From Balanoglossus misakiensis (Eukaryota; Animalia; Hemichordata), in contig CM082598.2 of assembly GCA_040954595.2 (NCBI GenBank), positions 2,418,001-2,482,000 of the forward strand: 64,000 nucleotides of DNA, given 5' to 3'. A program made the translations under genes and the position numbers. The stretch's first letter is position 1, and every line of letters starts with the position of its first letter. Below the pieces are notes generated by a model. It was not told where the DNA came from. It made no database searches and was given only the letters and a program-made list of their open reading frames with translations. Below are positions 61,084 through 64,000 of this stretch, in pieces.

Positions 61084-64000
61084 CACATTATAATCATATT
61101 ACATATTTGCTAAGCTTTATTTGTCCTGACTGACTCAGCCTATCATGGACTACCTTTCTCTTTGGCGTCTACTGTACGCCCGTCACTTCAAGCCGACCCC
61201 TCTGATGTTGAATTAACGCAAGTTACACTTAGACATGACACAGCAGAGGTAGATGGATTGACTTCAGTTAGAACAACTCTTTAAGCGTCCTCCTAGATGA
61301 CGTCAATTCTAGGTTGACAGGAAATGAGGCTGCCGTCAGAATTCGTTTACTTTCTCGTCCCATCTGTCTCGTTGTACACAACCCAGTGTTTTACTTTTAG
61401 AAGTACACTCGCCGCTGGTGAAAACTCGCAAATGAAAAGTCTGGCTGTTTGCACACCATATTGATGTCGACCCTGAGTAAGCGTCAGTGTTTTCATTGAG
61501 CAATCTGTCAAACGCAGTTTAATCATGGGCACCTTAGGCATGTCAGCTTTCTGTGGTGTGTTCTGGGCGGGAAGGTCATGGGACATTAACTTGGAAATGG
61601 GGGGAACTAAAGAGCAAATTGTGCCTTGTGTACATGTATTTTGGAACCAGTTCTAAGGGAGATTTTCATTATATATCGAGTGGGGTGAGTCACTTGGAAT
61701 AGTCACATTTTGCAAACAGTGGTTTAAACAGTATGTCTTGGAAATTTCAATAAATTTTTATGATATGGTCAGGTTGCATACGACATTCAGCTCACCTTTT
61801 CCATGACCAACTGCCATGATCTTTCTCCTCACACCCTTTTCTTAACAACTGAAACCTCCCTAACGCGATCTTTCCACGAACGCAATCCCTTTCGATAATC
61901 GCCGTGGAATCGAGTTGAACTATTCTGGCACACTAAATGACCAAAGGTTAACTTCCAGAGGACAAAAAATAACAGCCTCATAAATCCATGAAATCGTTTA
62001 CCTGGTGATTTGCTATGTTTCTCTCCATTTTGCATCGAGCTGATATAAAACACACCATTCAGCTTACGAAATAACCAACGTCACGGAAAATTCAGTTTTC
62101 AATGGTATTAATAATAACCAATCAACTGTGATGTGGTGGTTTCCGTAATTTTTCAGGGGATAATCTCATTTTATATATTTATATATCCCACTGACATTCA
62201 GATACAATAGTCAGTGCTGCAAGGTATAACGTCAAGGCCGATAAGCACGTCATAGTGCCAATCTTAAATCACACCATCAACATGCTTGAATGAACCGTGC
62301 ACCTTTTCCTCGACACACTTGAAATAGTTCAGTATACTCAGTTCACAAGATGACAAGTACGCGAGAAATTAAGTCAGGTTACCACACAAGAAAACTTTAA
62401 AAGCGTTTTGAAGTACCAGTTTAATTCCAGGCCTATTTCGATTAATCTGCATTCTGGGTACTGCTCTCTTTATAGTGTCATAGAAAATAGCGATCAATCT
62501 ACATACGTGCCCAGAAGGTGAAATGTATTGGTGGATGGATAAAATTACGTCAACCAATTTTCCTACTGTTTAGGGACCTTCTTTATGTGTCAGGAGGCAA
62601 GGCTCGATTAATCGCCTCAGCCTACATTGAAAGTGCTTTGAGCAGTGCACTATCCAGTCATGATGAAGAGTAAGTCATAGACTTGTAGTTTGTATATCAT
62701 CAATTACACTTTGCTGTCAGCTATAAGCTTATACGTTGGAGATTTAAGGCTCACAAGTAAGGGGTAAACAGAATGTTGTTGTCATATGACAATAATTTCA
62801 AACGTCTCTCTCTCTCTCTCTCTTTTTCTCCAGCAAATTACTTCGGTTATACCTCTTTGATGAAAAAATACACCATATGCATATCTTTCTGACGGAACAT
62901 GGTGTGATCAAAATAGTACAACGACCTTAGAACTACAAACGATACCATTATATGTCCTTGCTATCAGAATGCTAATATATACAATGCCTTGGCTTGTCCT
63001 TCACCCATAGAGGCTAAGCCATAATGTATCATCATCTAAAATCACATTATATTTATTTCCCGATATCAAATTAAGCAACTAGTAGATTCTCTGATGCCTG
63101 AGATCAATACTGTAACATGATAGAGCACGCAATCAAAGGAAGTTCAGCTAAAGCACCAGCAATTTTTTGTGACCAAATTACATGCTCATGACAGCGTCAC
63201 GAAGGCAGTTTGATCTCTGTAATGCATAAATAACATGCTACTTCGAAAGTGTACCGATAACTATGCATACTCTTCAGGGAATTTAAAAGGGAAGGGGTCG
63301 CCGCACCGCGTGGGTGTCCCCCTTGAAGAGAATATGTCCTCCCATACCAGCACAAACCTCACTTCAGACACTACAACCTACTAGGAAATTCAGTTGCTGC
63401 CATGCCCAGTCTACGCTACGGTTGGCTGCTTCGATCATTTTAAGAATTATCATATTTCAGGGATTTGTGGATGAATTATAATGTTTATAAACAAACAAGT
63501 GCGCGACGAGATGACCCGTTCACTTTAATTTCTACAATGTGTGATATATTCAAAATGCTAATTTTTTTCACATTTAAAATTCTAACAACGTGATCTCTGT
63601 GATGAATGTTGAAGAATTCAATCCTAGAGAATATTCCGAAATGCTGCGAGCTCTTGTTTGCATCGTGATGCAAAGCTCAACGTAGTTTAATACACAAGAT
63701 ACCTTTCGGTCTTAAAAGGCATTTGAATCTCCGCCATGCCCCATGGACAAAATAAATGTTTCCTTTTCGACATGCCGAAATGTCGGATATATCTATCAGT
63801 CACCTGTGTACATATCTACTGGGACGGGAAAACGTCTGTCACACTCTACTGCACAGCATGGATGCATTATGGTGTGAAAGAAAGACATTACCAGGGTCTA
63901 GTAGACTGACGAAGAACTGACGCTATAGATGAAAACATTCTTATCGCGTGCATATCTAGACCGAAATCAAGTTTAATGCCTATGCCGCGGAAATTAAAAG

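Overview
AT-rich, intron-containing animal genomic DNA (looks like a marine invertebrate; the taxon cannot be fixed from sequence alone). The window holds a head-to-tail, plus-strand tandem array of Cys-loop ligand-gated ion channel genes of the nicotinic acetylcholine receptor (nAChR) type. Four 6-exon genes can be reconstructed with matching splice phases: A ~602-32669 (exon 1 tentative), B 36576-39281, C 40601-45119 and D 46308-49551. The first two exons of a fifth gene, E, start at ~55832 and the gene runs off the window. A-D have intact reading frames, the Cys-loop and M1-M4, but share a remodelled ligand site: no vicinal cysteines, loop C Tyr->Phe, loop A Tyr lost, a 5-aa [YF]PRxH insertion and a Lys replacing the loop E aromatic. 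They also have unusual M2 residues (Y12', N15'; P-2'/N2' in C and D). This suggests a lineage-specific receptor family that may not be ACh-gated and could be sensory. Other content: a TTAA-flanked Kolobok-like DNA transposon in an intron of C, microsatellites, a 56-bp minisatellite, a 43-bp palindrome and CTCF-like motifs. Most other ORFs in the track are spurious.
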